A DNA stretch of 64,000 nucleotides from Chitinophaga pinensis (GCA_945888525.1 CAMDAF010000001.1:160059-224058); one strand, 5' to 3'; numbered from the stretch's first letter, positions 28,099-37,960 are shown. Program-made: numbers and translations. Notes: a model not told the origin generated them from the sequence alone.

Positions 28099-29349
28099 AT
28101 GGCTGATATTTTTGAAAAAGTAATTAGAAACATGGGACCATTAGGGGCCCATATCAAGGAAGCGCACGGTTATTTTACTTTCCCTAAATTGGAAGGTGAA
28201 ATAGGACCTAAGATGGTATTCAACGGTAAAGAAAAATTAAATTGGAGTTTGAACAATTATTTGGGATTGGCAAACCATCCTGAAGTTAGAAAAGCAGACG
28301 CTGATGCAGCTGCTCAATACGGTATGGCTTACCCAATGGGTGCGCGTATGATGAGCGGAAACAGCAATCCACACGAACAGCTTGAAAAAGAATTGGCTGC
28401 TTTTGTAGGCAAAGAAGATGCAATATTGTTGAATTTTGGTTACCAAGGCGTAGTGTCTATCATTGATGCAATGGTGGATCGCCATGATGTAATCGTTTAT
28501 GACGCTGAATCACATGCTTGTATTGTAGATGGTGTAAGATTGCACCAAGGACATCGTTTCCAGTTCAAACACAATGATATGGAAAGCTGTGAAAAACAAT
28601 TGCAAAGAGCCACCCGTTTGGTTGAAAAAACTGGCGGTGGAATTTTTGTGATCACCGAAGGTGTATTTGGTATGAGCGGCAACCAAGGTGATTTAAGAGG
28701 TGTTGTTGCGCTTAAAGACAAATATAATTTTAGATTGTTTATAGATGATGCACATGGTTTTGGTACAATTGGAAAGACGGGTAGTGGTGCGGCTGAAGAG
28801 CAAGGTGTTGTTGATCAAGTTGACTTACACTTTTCTACTTTTGCAAAATCAATGGCCAGTATTGGTGCTTTTGTAGCTGGTCCTAAACCCATCTTAGATT
28901 TTTTAAGATACAATCTGCGCTCGCAAATTTACGCCAAATCATTGCCAATGCCACTTGTGGTTGGTGCTTTAAAACGTTTGGATTTAATCCGTTCACAACC
29001 TGAGCACAAAGAAAATCTTTGGAAGATTGTCAATGCCTTGCAAAGTGGTTTAAAAGAAGCAGGGTTCAACATTGGCACCACATCTACCCCAGTAACACCG
29101 GTGGTTTTAAGTGGCACAGTTGCAGAATCTACCCACTTGACATTTGACTTAAGAGAAAAATATGATATTTTCTGTTCAATCGTAGTGTATCCCGTTATTC
29201 CTAAGGGTCTAATTATTTTACGCTTAATTCCTACTGCAGCCCATAGCTTAGCAGACGTAGAAAGAACAATAAAAGCATTTAAAGAAATTAAACAAAACCT
29301 AGAATCAGGCAAGTACAACCAAGATGAGGTTGTAAATGCATTTTTGTAA
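28099..29349 (+). CDS. Alpha-oxoamine synthase family PLP enzyme (KBL/AONS/serine palmitoyltransferase/cysteate acyltransferase family)
   Basis: 416 aa; class II aminotransferase layout and a PLP-lysine motif STFAKSMAS (compare TFSKA of AONS/KBL); the sequence alone does not decide substrate specificity. Confidence 0.8.
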   Translation: MADIFEKVIRNMGPLGAHIKEAHGYFTFPKLEGEIGPKMVFNGKEKLNWSLNNYLGLANHPEVRKADADAAAQYGMAYPMGARMMSGNSNPHEQLEKELAAFVGKEDAILLNFGYQGVVSIIDAMVDRHDVIVYDAESHACIVDGVRLHQGHRFQFKHNDMESCEKQLQRATRLVEKTGGGIFVITEGVFGMSGNQGDLRGVVALKDKYNFRLFIDDAHGFGTIGKTGSGAAEEQGVVDQVDLHFSTFAKSMASIGAFVAGPKPILDFLRYNLRSQIYAKSLPMPLVVGALKRLDLIRSQPEHKENLWKIVNALQSGLKEAGFNIGTTSTPVTPVVLSGTVAESTHLTFDLREKYDIFCSIVVYPVIPKGLIILRLIPTAAHSLADVERTIKAFKEIKQNLESGKYNQDEVVNAFL

Positions 29350-29388
29350 TTGTTAAAAATTATTCATAAATTTGGTTAAACTAAATTT

Positions 29389-30273
29389 ATGAATAATTTA
29401 AAATCCTATTTCGATTTTACAAAAGGCGAGCGTAATGCCGCCTTTTTTTTGTTGCTCATTATTTCTTTTTTTTCAATTTTACCCTGTTTTGATCAGCCAA
29501 TTAAATATTCCAGATCAGATTTTTCAGAATTAATGCTCTTGGCAAAATTAGATTCTATCGAGAAAAACACTCCGATTTTTGATAAACAAAAGCCATTTAA
29601 AAGGAAAATAAAGTTTATTCCATTCGATCCCAATACTGCGTCTTATCAAACATTTCTAGACAACGGATTTAGTTCCTACTTAGCGCAAAGGATACAAAGA
29701 TACAGAGCTGCAGGGGGGCGATTTAAAACAAAATCAGATCTTTTAAAAGTATATGGCATTGATTCAAATCTAATCCGCCAGCTTTGGTCTTGTGTGAAAT
29801 TACCTGAAAGCAACAATATAGGCACCAGAAAAAATGACCAAAAGGAGGCCTATTTAAATTCAAAAAAGCCAGTTGAAATTCTCGAATTAAATACCGCAGA
29901 TACCAACCAATTGATTTCACTCCCAATGATTGGAAGCAAATTGGCGAATAGAATTGTGGCCTTTCGGAACAAATTAGGTGGGTTTTATTCAAGCAATCAA
30001 TTGCTAGAGGTTTATGGTGTAAAACCGGAGACCTACGAGGCAGTATTGAACAAAATCAGCGTAAATGAAGATTTAATAGTAAAAATTGATTTAAATAATT
30101 GCAAAAAAGACCAATTGGATAAACATCCTTACTTTGGGTATAAAATTTCAAGTCAAATAATCAATTACCGAACGCAGCACGGGCCATATAAAAGTATTGA
30201 TGACTTTAAAAAAATCCTGAATTTGCCCAAAGAATCGATAGAACAGATAAAATTCTATATTAAATTTATGTGA
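29389..30273 (+). CDS. ComEA-like helix-hairpin-helix repeat protein with an N-terminal membrane anchor
   Basis: 294 aa; TM anchor, then three repeats of an HhH-type motif (NTAS..., NTADTNQLISLPMIGSKLANRIV.FR...GGF, DLNNCKKDQL...). Confidence 0.5.
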   Translation: MNNLKSYFDFTKGERNAAFFLLLIISFFSILPCFDQPIKYSRSDFSELMLLAKLDSIEKNTPIFDKQKPFKRKIKFIPFDPNTASYQTFLDNGFSSYLAQRIQRYRAAGGRFKTKSDLLKVYGIDSNLIRQLWSCVKLPESNNIGTRKNDQKEAYLNSKKPVEILELNTADTNQLISLPMIGSKLANRIVAFRNKLGGFYSSNQLLEVYGVKPETYEAVLNKISVNEDLIVKIDLNNCKKDQLDKHPYFGYKISSQIINYRTQHGPYKSIDDFKKILNLPKESIEQIKFYIKFM

Positions 30274-30316
30274 ATCAGATAATCTTGGCGTATTATTTTT
30301 TATTTTTGCAAACTTT

Positions 30317-31456
30317 ATGAACTTCACTGTATCCGAAAACCAAACAATGATTAGGCAAATGTGCCGCGACTTTGCCGAAAAAAATATCAGACCTAATGTG
30401 ATGGTTTGGGATGAAGCCCAAACTTTTCCTGCTGATTTGTTTAGAGAAATGGGAAAACTAGGAATGATGGGGATATTGGTGCCCGAAGAATACGGCGGAT
30501 CAGGCCTAGGATACTATGAATACGTTGAGGCAATCGTTGAGACTTCTAAGGTCTGTGGTTCCATTGGATTAAGTTTGGCCGCTCACAATAGTTTGTGTAC
30601 CGGTCATATTTTAGCCTTTGGAAACCATGAACAAAAAAGCAAATGGTTGCCAAAATTGGCCAGTGGTGAATGGATAGGAGCGTGGGGTTTAACGGAAGCC
30701 AATACAGGCAGTGATGCTTTGCGCATGCAGGTTACAGCCAAAAAAGACGGTGATACTTGGGTTTTAAACGGGGCTAAGAATTGGATTACCCATGGTTCAA
30801 CCGGAAATATTGCTGTTGTTTTGGCAAGAACTGGAGAATTATTAGACTCAAGAGGTATCACTGCGTTTGTGGTAGAAAGAGGAACGCATGGATTCAATGC
30901 AGGCAAAAAAGAAAACAAATTGGGCATGCGCGCAAGTGAAACGGCTGAGATGGTTTTTGAAGATTGCCGCATTCCCGAATCAAATGTATTAGGAGAAATT
31001 GGGGATGGGTTTATTCAAGCTATGAAGATTTTAGATGGTGGCAGAATATCGATTGCAGCATTGTCCTTAGGGATAGCAAAAGGCGCTTATGAGGCATCGC
31101 TTAAATACGCTCAAGAACGCCAGCAATTCGGACAACCTATCGCAAATTTCCAAGCCATAGGCTTTAAATTGGCCGATATGGCCACACAAATTGAAGCATC
31201 AGAATTGCTTATACACGAAGCCTGTCACTTAAAAAACAATGGTCAAAATGTCAATAAGGTTTCTGCAATGGCGAAGTACTATGCCAGTGAAACCTGTGTC
31301 AGAGTGTCTACAGAGGCAGTGCAAATATTCGGTGGATATGGCTACACCAAAGATTTTCCGGTTGAGAAGTTTTACCGTGACAGCAAACTTTGCACCATAG
31401 GAGAAGGGACATCTGAAATACAAAAATTAGTTATTTCTCGAGCCGTATTGAAATAA
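30317..31456 (+). CDS. Acyl-CoA dehydrogenase (short/medium-chain type)
   Basis: 379 aa; the characteristic ACAD motifs are present, including GAWGLTE...GSDA, the YASE catalytic-base region and QIFGGYGY. Confidence 0.9.
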   Translation: MNFTVSENQTMIRQMCRDFAEKNIRPNVMVWDEAQTFPADLFREMGKLGMMGILVPEEYGGSGLGYYEYVEAIVETSKVCGSIGLSLAAHNSLCTGHILAFGNHEQKSKWLPKLASGEWIGAWGLTEANTGSDALRMQVTAKKDGDTWVLNGAKNWITHGSTGNIAVVLARTGELLDSRGITAFVVERGTHGFNAGKKENKLGMRASETAEMVFEDCRIPESNVLGEIGDGFIQAMKILDGGRISIAALSLGIAKGAYEASLKYAQERQQFGQPIANFQAIGFKLADMATQIEASELLIHEACHLKNNGQNVNKVSAMAKYYASETCVRVSTEAVQIFGGYGYTKDFPVEKFYRDSKLCTIGEGTSEIQKLVISRAVLK

Positions 31457-31515
31457 TTTGTTTGGAATAAAAATTTTATTATCTTTGCAATCCTAAATTT
31501 TTAAAATAAGTACAC

Positions 31516-31710
31516 ATGATTTATATCAACGTAAAAGACAACGAGAATCTCGACAAAGCACTTAAGAAGTACAAAAAGAAGTACGAAAAAATTGGTGTTA
31601 TGAAAGAATTAAGAAGCCGTCAAGCTTTTGAAAAGCCATCGATCACAAGAAGAATGGAAATCAAAAAAGCAGCATACAGAAGTTTTATGCAAAGTCAAGA
31701 GAACAACTAA
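31516..31710 (+). CDS. rpsU: 30S ribosomal protein S21
   Basis: 64 aa; MIYINVKDNENLDKALKKYKKK...LRSRQAFEKPS..RR typical of S21. Confidence 0.9.
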   Translation: MIYINVKDNENLDKALKKYKKKYEKIGVMKELRSRQAFEKPSITRRMEIKKAAYRSFMQSQENN

Positions 31711-31731
31711 TCAAAAAAAATATTAATTTAG

Positions 31732-31765
31732 CGTCCGATAATTCAAATTGTCGGACGTTTTTTTT
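31732..31765 (+). terminator. Rho-independent terminator after rpsU; it overlaps the start codon of the downstream recombinase gene
   Basis: Stem cgtccga/tcggacg with a 12-nt loop followed by tttttttt; the ATG of the next CDS (31748) lies in the 3' arm of the stem. Confidence 0.5.
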
Positions 31766-32641
31766 ATACAAAGGTTTGAGGTGTATTTGAGTGCAGAGAA
31801 GAAAATGTCTGCGCACACGGTAAAGGCATATACGGCCGATATTAATTCGTGTTTTAAATATGCCCAAGAAAATTTTGAAATTAGCTCAATAGAGGAGCTT
31901 TCACATTTATTTATTAAATCGTGGTTAAGCGGGATGCTTTCCACAGGTATGGATGGGAAAAGTGTGAGAAGGAAAATCTCGTCCCTTAAAACCTATTTTA
32001 AATATTTATTGCGTCATAAATTGCTTGAAATAGATCCAATGATAAAGGTGAGTTCACCTAAAATTTCTAAAAAATTGCCCAGTTTCATTGAGGAGGACAA
32101 AATGAAAGATATTATGAGCAATATTATCGATGAAAAAAACAATAAAAATGAATTAGCTAACGATATCTTATTAACTTTGTACCACACGGGCATAAGATTG
32201 AATGAATTGATTAATCTGGAAAAGCGAAATGTCGATTTAACGCATTCTACAATAAAGGTATTGGGAAAGCGCAACAAAGAGAGAATAATACCAATAACCG
32301 AGGAGTTAAATACCCGCTTAGAATTTTACATAAAAGAAGGAACAGAAAGTATCTATGTATTTAATACCCCTAAGAACCAGAAATTATATCCAAATTATGT
32401 TTACCGTTGTGTGAAAGAGCTACTCAGTCAGCACAGCACCATCCGCAAAAAGAGTCCGCATGTATTAAGACATACGTTCGCGACACATCTTCTAAATAAT
32501 GGCAGCGATTTAAATGCAATAAAAGAATTGCTGGGTCATGCCAATCTTTCAGCCACACAAATTTATACCCATAATAGTGTGGAGCGACTAAAATCAATTC
32601 ACAAACAAGCACATCCTAAAGGAAGTAAAAATAACCTTTAA
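31748..32641 (+). CDS. xerC: Tyrosine site-specific recombinase (XerC/XerD-like) conserved between rpsU and hpf
   Basis: 297 aa; N-terminal SAM-like domain (FIQRFEVYLSAEKKMSAHTVKAY aligns with the XerD N-terminus); catalytic domain with R...HVLRHTFAT...LLGH...TQIYTH (the R-H-R-Y tetrad elements). Confidence 0.85.
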   Translation: MSDVFFIQRFEVYLSAEKKMSAHTVKAYTADINSCFKYAQENFEISSIEELSHLFIKSWLSGMLSTGMDGKSVRRKISSLKTYFKYLLRHKLLEIDPMIKVSSPKISKKLPSFIEEDKMKDIMSNIIDEKNNKNELANDILLTLYHTGIRLNELINLEKRNVDLTHSTIKVLGKRNKERIIPITEELNTRLEFYIKEGTESIYVFNTPKNQKLYPNYVYRCVKELLSQHSTIRKKSPHVLRHTFATHLLNNGSDLNAIKELLGHANLSATQIYTHNSVERLKSIHKQAHPKGSKNNL

Positions 32642-32658
32642 AAAACAACCTCAATAAC

Positions 32659-32964
32659 ATGGAAATCCTATTTCAAAACACCAATTTTCGCGCCGATCAA
32701 AAGTTATTAGATTTAATTACCCAAAAACTAACAAAATTGGAACATTATTATGATAAAATCATTGATGCTTCCGTTTATTTGAAGGTTCAGAAGTCTGATG
32801 ATAAAATAAATAAGGTTTTAGAGATAAAATTAAACGTATTAAACAGCACTTTATTTGTAGAAGAACACGATAAAACATTTGAGTGTGCACTTGACAAAGC
32901 GGAAGACGCTTTAAAAACACAATTAATTAAATACAAACAAAAAATCCATGGAGCTAATGCTTGA
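32659..32964 (+). CDS. hpf: Ribosome hibernation promoting factor (short HPF/RaiA form)
   Basis: 101 aa; sigma-54 modulation protein/S30EA fold pattern (DASVYLKV...KVLEIKLNV......E.HD.....ALD.A.D.L..QL.KYK). Confidence 0.75.
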   Translation: MEILFQNTNFRADQKLLDLITQKLTKLEHYYDKIIDASVYLKVQKSDDKINKVLEIKLNVLNSTLFVEEHDKTFECALDKAEDALKTQLIKYKQKIHGANA

Positions 32965-33026
32965 TAGGGTTTGAGCTATTTTAAATCAAAGAATCAAAAA
33001 CATTAATTCCATTAAATAAGACAATC

Positions 33027-33064
33027 AACATTAGCCTCGGTGAAAATCGAGGCTAATGTTTTAA
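33027..33064 (+). terminator. Rho-independent terminator after hpf
   Basis: 13-bp stem aacattagcctcg/cgaggctaatgtt with loop gtgaaaat, followed by a T-run. Confidence 0.5.
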
Positions 33065-33169
33065 AATATTTTTCGTGATTCGCTTTGAAATATCAATAAT
33101 ATTACCTTTTTTTGCAGTCCTTTTTACAGAAATCTAAAAGATGGAAGTAAAAAGACAGTTCTTTAACAA

Positions 33170-33242
33170 GCCACTTTAGCTCAGCTGGTAGAGCAACTGA
33201 TTTGTAATCAGTAGGTCGTTGGTTCGATCCCGACAAGTGGCT
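33170..33242 (+). tRNA. tRNA-Thr (anticodon TGT)
   Basis: Manual cloverleaf fold: acceptor gccactt/aagtggc, anticodon loop tttgtaa, T-loop ggttcgatcc; no encoded CCA. Confidence 0.85.
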
Positions 33243-33257
33243 CAGAGAATGAAATTT

Positions 33258-33338
33258 GGGAAGTTTCCAGAGTGGCTAAATGGGACAGACTGTAAATCTG
33301 TTGCTTCGGCTTCGGTGGTTCGAATCCACCACTTCCCA
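33258..33338 (+). tRNA. tRNA-Tyr (anticodon GTA), long variable arm
   Basis: Acceptor gggaagt/acttccc, anticodon loop actgtaaat, extended variable arm (gttgcttcggcttcgg), T-loop ggttcgaatcc. Confidence 0.85.
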
Positions 33339-33394
33339 CAAATTAAGAGAAAGAAAACAGTGATGAACGTTGAAGAAGAAACTGTTTTTGATAT

Positions 33395-33467
33395 GCGGGA
33401 GTAGCTCAGTTGGTAGAGCGACAGCCTTCCAAGCTGTAGGTCGCGGGTTCGAGCCTCGTCTCCCGCT
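33395..33467 (+). tRNA. tRNA-Gly (anticodon TCC)
   Basis: Acceptor gcgggag/ctcccgc, anticodon loop cttccaa, T-loop ggttcgagcc. Confidence 0.85.
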
Positions 33468-33580
33468 CTTTATCGAGGGTTATCACTTAACAATGAGAAC
33501 CTGCTCTCTCTTAAGAAAACCGATTGCCAATAGAATTGTCTGGCTAACAATTTTGTGAAGCGGTCAAAAAAAAGTTACCA

Positions 33581-33652
33581 GCCGTTGTAGCTCAGGGGTA
33601 GAGCACTTCCTTGGTAAGGAAGAGGCCAAGGGTTCAAATCCCTTCAATGGCT
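33581..33652 (+). tRNA. tRNA-Thr (anticodon GGT)
   Basis: Acceptor gccgttg/caatggc (one G-U pair), anticodon loop ttggtaa, T-loop ggttcaaatcc. Confidence 0.85.
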
Positions 33653-33708
33653 CAAAAGACTAGAAATAAAGAAATTTAAATAATAACAATAAAAAAATCA
33701 AATTAATC

Positions 33709-34896
33709 ATGGCAAAAGAAACATTTGACCGCTCCAAAGCCCACGTTAACATTGGCACTATTGGTCACGTTGACCACGGTAAAACCACATTAACTGCGGC
33801 CATCACTACAGTATTAGCTTCTAAAGGACTAGCCGAAAAGTCATCATTTGAATCTATCGACTCAGCTCCAGAAGAAAAAGAAAGAGGTATTACCATTAAT
33901 ACTGCACACGTAGAATACAATACAGATACCAGACACTATGCACACGTAGATTGTCCAGGCCACGCTGACTATGTTAAGAACATGGTTACTGGTGCTGCAC
34001 AAATGGACGGAGCAATTATCGTAGTTGCTGCAACTGATGGACCAATGCCACAAACACGTGAGCACATTCTATTAGCCCGTCAGGTTGGTGTACCTAAGCT
34101 TGTTGTTTTTATGAACAAATGCGACATGGTTGACGATGAAGAATTATTAGACTTAGTTGAAATGGAAGTTCGTGAACTTTTAAGTTTCTACAATTTTGAT
34201 GGTGACAACACGCCAATCATCCGTGGTTCTGCCTTAGGTGGATTAAACGGTGATCCAGCATGGGTTGACAAAATCATGGATTTAATGAACGCTGTTGATA
34301 CTTGGATTCCAATTCCTCCACGTTTGGTTGATCTACCATTCTTGATGCCAGTTGAAGACGTATTCTCGATCACAGGTCGTGGTACAGTTGCTACAGGTCG
34401 TATCGAAAGAGGTGTTACCAACGTAGGTGATGTAGTTGACATCATTGGCTTAGGTGATGAGAAATTAACTTCAACTGTAACCGGTGTTGAAATGTTCCGT
34501 AAATTATTAGATAGAGGTGAAGCTGGTGACAACGCAGGTTTATTATTGCGTGGTATCGACAAAACCCAAATCAAAAGAGGTATGGTTATATGTAAGCCAG
34601 GTTCTGTTGCTCCTCACGCTAAATTCAAAGCTGAAGTTTACGTATTGAGCAAAGAAGAAGGTGGTCGTCATACGCCATTCTTTAACAAATACCGTCCACA
34701 ATTCTACTTCCGTACCACAGATATTACAGGTGAAGTAACTTTACCAGAAGGTGTAGAAATGTGTATGCCTGGTGATAACATCACTGTGACTGTACAATTG
34801 ATCGCTCCAATCGCAATGGAAAAAACTTTAAAATTCGCTATTCGTGAAGGTGGAAGAACCATTGGTGCTGGTCAAGTAACTGAAATTTTAGATTAA
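33709..34896 (+). CDS. tuf: Translation elongation factor Tu
   Basis: 395 aa; [18 protein letters not shown] and NKCD GTPase motifs. Confidence 0.97.
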   Translation: MAKETFDRSKAHVNIGTIGHVDHGKTTLTAAITTVLASKGLAEKSSFESIDSAPEEKERGITINTAHVEYNTDTRHYAHVDCPGHADYVKNMVTGAAQMDGAIIVVAATDGPMPQTREHILLARQVGVPKLVVFMNKCDMVDDEELLDLVEMEVRELLSFYNFDGDNTPIIRGSALGGLNGDPAWVDKIMDLMNAVDTWIPIPPRLVDLPFLMPVEDVFSITGRGTVATGRIERGVTNVGDVVDIIGLGDEKLTSTVTGVEMFRKLLDRGEAGDNAGLLLRGIDKTQIKRGMVICKPGSVAPHAKFKAEVYVLSKEEGGRHTPFFNKYRPQFYFRTTDITGEVTLPEGVEMCMPGDNITVTVQLIAPIAMEKTLKFAIREGGRTIGAGQVTEILD

Positions 34897-34918
34897 TAAT
34901 ATTAAACAATAAGGATGT

Positions 34919-34957
34919 TAGTCACCCTGGTCCTAAATCAGGGTGACTAATGTTTTT
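34919..34957 (+). terminator. Terminator or attenuator hairpin after tuf
   Basis: Stem gtcaccctg/cagggtgac with a 9-nt loop followed by taatgttttt; ends immediately before tRNA-Trp. Confidence 0.45.
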
Positions 34958-35028
34958 ACGAGAGTAGTTCAAGGGTAGAATAGAGGTCTCCAAAACCTTT
35001 GATGGGAGTTCGAATCTCTCCTCTCGTG
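34958..35028 (+). tRNA. tRNA-Trp (anticodon CCA)
   Basis: Acceptor acgagag/ctctcgt (A1:U72 as in E. coli tRNA-Trp), anticodon loop ctccaaa, T-loop gagttcgaatctc; conserved tuf-tRNATrp-secE position. Confidence 0.8.
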
Positions 35029-35043
35029 CTAAAAAACATTGAA

Positions 35044-35238
35044 ATGGAAAAATTAAGAAACATGTGGAATCATTCGGCAGATGAGTTGCTTAACAAAGTA
35101 ACTTGGCCTACATGGGATGAATTACGCGAAAGTGCAATAATCGTATTGATTGCTTCCCTTATATTCGCTTTGATGGTATGGGTATTAGACTATACGCTAG
35201 GCAATGGTCTTGACTTTTTTTATAGTTTGTTTAAATAA
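35044..35238 (+). CDS. secE: Preprotein translocase subunit SecE
   Basis: The 64-aa version starts at the internal ATG (MEKLRNMWNH...); single C-terminal TM helix; the tracked ORF start at 34999 would overlap tRNA-Trp. Confidence 0.8.
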   Translation: MEKLRNMWNHSADELLNKVTWPTWDELRESAIIVLIASLIFALMVWVLDYTLGNGLDFFYSLFK

Positions 35239-35240
35239 TA

Positions 35241-35789
35241 ATGGCAATGGAAGCAATAGACTTGCAATGGTATGTGGTTAGAGCGGTTTCCGGTCAGGAA
35301 AAAAAAGTTAAAGCTAACTTAGAGAGTATGCTTATTAAGTCTAAATTAACTGATTACGTTCCGCAAATCCTTATCCCAATGGAAAAGGTCTACCAAATTA
35401 AAAATGGTAAAAAGATAGCTAAAGAAAGAAACTACTTTCCTGGTTATATTTTAATCCAAGCTAAATTTCATGGTGAAGTTGCTGCAACGATTAAAGGCAT
35501 AAACGGTGTAGTTGGTTTTTTAGGTTCAAAAGATAATCCAGTACCTCTAAGACAAGCTGAGGTAAATAGAATCCTTGGAAATGCAGACGAGAATGGGGGA
35601 GTAGATATCGAAACTACAGAGCCATTTATTGTTGGCGAACCAATCAAAGTTACTGATGGACCATTCTCTGGTTTCAGCGGTATCATTGAAGAGGTAAACG
35701 AAGAGAAGAAAAAATTAAAGGTAATGGTGAAAATTTTCGGAAGAAGAACTCCTCTGGAATTAAACTATACTCAAGTAGATAAAGAATAA
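35241..35789 (+). CDS. nusG: Transcription termination/antitermination factor NusG
   Basis: 182 aa; N-terminal NGN domain (WYVVRAVSGQEKKV) and C-terminal KOW motif (GEPIKVTDGPFSGFSGIIEEV). Confidence 0.95.
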   Translation: MAMEAIDLQWYVVRAVSGQEKKVKANLESMLIKSKLTDYVPQILIPMEKVYQIKNGKKIAKERNYFPGYILIQAKFHGEVAATIKGINGVVGFLGSKDNPVPLRQAEVNRILGNADENGGVDIETTEPFIVGEPIKVTDGPFSGFSGIIEEVNEEKKKLKVMVKIFGRRTPLELNYTQVDKE

Positions 35790-35807
35790 CAAATAAATAG
35801 CTATATC

Positions 35808-36245
35808 ATGGCAAAAGAAATAACAGGATACGTAAAATTACAAGTAAAAGGCGGACAAGCAAATCCCGCACCTCCCATTGGACCTGCTCTGGGCTCAAAA
35901 GGTGTAAACATCATGGAATTTTGTAAACAGTTTAACGCGCGTACACAAGATAGAATGGGTAAAGTATTACCAGTAGTTCTAACTGTATACGGCGATAAAT
36001 CGTTCGAATTCATCATCAAAACCCCACCCGTTGCAACTCAAATTATTGAGGCGACTAAAGCTGCTAAAGGTTCTGCCGAACCTAACAGAAAGAAAGTTGC
36101 TGAACTAACATGGGATCAAGTAAAGCAAATTGCAGAAGACAAAATGCCAGATTTAAACTGTTTCAAAATTGAATCAGCTATGAATATGGTTGCTGGAACT
36201 GCCAGAAGTATGGGTGTAACAATCGCAGGAAATAAACCTTTTTAA
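35808..36245 (+). CDS. rplK: 50S ribosomal protein L11
   Basis: 145 aa; [20 protein letters not shown] signature. Confidence 0.97.
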   Translation: MAKEITGYVKLQVKGGQANPAPPIGPALGSKGVNIMEFCKQFNARTQDRMGKVLPVVLTVYGDKSFEFIIKTPPVATQIIEATKAAKGSAEPNRKKVAELTWDQVKQIAEDKMPDLNCFKIESAMNMVAGTARSMGVTIAGNKPF

Positions 36246-36255
36246 TTAACAGACA

Positions 36256-36951
36256 ATGGCACTTACAAAAAACAGAAAAAAAGTTTTAGAAAAAATTGAC
36301 AGTTCTAAAGTTTATTCATTAGAAGAAGCAACAAAACTTATAAAGGATATTTCTTTCACCAAATTTGATTCATCGGTAGACGTCGATGTTAAATTGGGTG
36401 TAGATCCTAAACAAGCTAGCCAAATGGTTAGAGGTGTAGCAACATTGCCACATGGTACAGGTAAAACTGTTCGTGTTTTGGTATTGTGTTCTCCAGATAA
36501 AGAAGCAGAAGCAAAAGCTGCTGGAGCCGATTATGTAGGTCTTGACGATTATATCGAAAAGATTGCAAATGGTTGGTTAGACATTGACATTATCATTACC
36601 ATGCCTGCTGTAATGGCAAAGCTAGGTAAGTTAGGAAAAATATTAGGCCCACGTAACTTAATGCCAAATCCAAAATCAGGAACTGTTACTCCTGATGTGG
36701 CAAAAGCCGTAACTGAAGTGAAAGCTGGTAAAATTGACTTTAAAGTTGACAAAACTGGAATCATTCACACATCAATCGGTAAAGTTAGCTTCCAACCTAA
36801 TCAAATCGCAGAAAATGCTATAGAAATTATGCAAACTCTAAGTAAACTGAAGCCCTCTTCTTCCAAAGGGACGTATTTCAGAAGTCTTTACTTGAGTTCT
36901 ACTATGAGTCCAAGCATCTGCATCGACATCAAATCAATTCCAGGAATTTAA
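36256..36951 (+). CDS. rplA: 50S ribosomal protein L1
   Basis: 231 aa; typical L1 core ([29 protein letters not shown]). Confidence 0.95.
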   Translation: MALTKNRKKVLEKIDSSKVYSLEEATKLIKDISFTKFDSSVDVDVKLGVDPKQASQMVRGVATLPHGTGKTVRVLVLCSPDKEAEAKAAGADYVGLDDYIEKIANGWLDIDIIITMPAVMAKLGKLGKILGPRNLMPNPKSGTVTPDVAKAVTEVKAGKIDFKVDKTGIIHTSIGKVSFQPNQIAENAIEIMQTLSKLKPSSSKGTYFRSLYLSSTMSPSICIDIKSIPGI

Positions 36952-36960
36952 ATCACTTAA

Positions 36961-37479
36961 ATGAACAGAGAAGAAAAAAACGCAGCAATTGCCGAATTAA
37001 CTGAAAAATTCAAAAATGCTAATTGTTTGTATATTGCCGATACATCAAGTATCAGTGCAATAGATACAAATAATTTCAGACGTGAACTATTCAAAAACGA
37101 CATTGAAATGCTGGTAGCCAAAAATACATTGATATTAAAGGCTATGAGAAATTCCGGTAAAGAATTCGGTGAATTAGAAGGTGCACTTAAAGGAACATCT
37201 GCTCTGTTATTCAGTGCTAATTTTAAAAGCCCAGCCCAAGCCATTCTGAAATTCAGAAAGAAAGGTACTAAGCCAGCTTTGAAAGGTGCATATGTTGACA
37301 GCGCTATATTTATTGGTGATGACCAATTAATAGCCTTGAGTAACTTGAAATCTAAAGAAGACTTAATCGGTGAAATTATGGGATTATTACAATCTCCTGC
37401 ACAAAACGTTATTTCAGCGTTGCAGAGCGGTGGTGGCAAAATTGCCGGTATCGTTAAAACATTATCAGAAAGAAATTAA
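36961..37479 (+). CDS. rplJ: 50S ribosomal protein L10
   Basis: 172 aa; position between rplA and rplL with L10-like composition. Confidence 0.9.
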   Translation: MNREEKNAAIAELTEKFKNANCLYIADTSSISAIDTNNFRRELFKNDIEMLVAKNTLILKAMRNSGKEFGELEGALKGTSALLFSANFKSPAQAILKFRKKGTKPALKGAYVDSAIFIGDDQLIALSNLKSKEDLIGEIMGLLQSPAQNVISALQSGGGKIAGIVKTLSERN

Positions 37480-37509
37480 AAACAATTTAAAAAAAAACAA
37501 TTAAGAAAA

Positions 37510-37887
37510 ATGGCTGACTTAAAAGCATTTGCTGAACAATTGGTTAATCTTACCGTTAAAGAGGTAAACGAATTAGCCCAAATTTTGAAAGATGAATATG
37601 GTATCGAACCTGCAGCTGCTGCTGTAGCCGTTGCTGCCCCAGCTTCTGCTGGTGCTGGCGAAGCTGCTGCCGTTCAAACAGAATTCACTGTAATCCTAAA
37701 AAGCGCTGGTCCTAACAAATTAAACGTAGTTAAAGTTGTTAAAGACTTAACCGGACTTGGCTTGAAAGAAGCAAAAGACTTGGTAGACGGAGCTCCAAAA
37801 CCTGTAAAAGAAAACATTGCTAAAGACGAAGCTGAAGCATTGATGGCAAAACTTACAGAAACTGGTGCTGAAGTTGAGATCAAGTAA
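37510..37887 (+). CDS. rplL: 50S ribosomal protein L7/L12
   Basis: 125 aa; Ala-rich hinge followed by a C-terminal domain ([27 protein letters not shown]...). Confidence 0.97.
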   Translation: MADLKAFAEQLVNLTVKEVNELAQILKDEYGIEPAAAAVAVAAPASAGAGEAAAVQTEFTVILKSAGPNKLNVVKVVKDLTGLGLKEAKDLVDGAPKPVKENIAKDEAEALMAKLTETGAEVEIK

Positions 37888-37911
37888 TTCAATATTTAGC
37901 TCTATTTAACT

Positions 37912-37960
37912 CCAATAGACCCACTGTAACCGATGGGTCTATTGGTGTTTTTGTTTTTTT
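37912..37960 (+). terminator. rplL-rpoB intergenic hairpin (partial terminator/attenuator)
   Basis: 11-bp stem ccaatagaccc/gggtctattgg followed by tgtttttgttttttt, at the classical attenuator position upstream of rpoB. Confidence 0.6.

Noticed and set aside
31748-32641. The XerC-like recombinase as evidence of an integrated mobile element or genomic island
   Set aside because: No flanking direct repeats, att-like duplications, tRNA-3' target or cargo genes are present. The gene is flanked on both sides by core translation genes in an arrangement that looks conserved and domesticated.
33219-33558. Two 61-62 aa ORFs in the tRNA cluster
   Set aside because: They are translated straight across the tRNA-Thr/Tyr/Gly genes and so are artefacts of six-frame translation
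34999-35043. N-terminal extension of the secE ORF (tracked start 34999)
   Set aside because: It would overlap the 3' half of tRNA-Trp. The internal ATG at 35044 gives a SecE of canonical length (64 aa).
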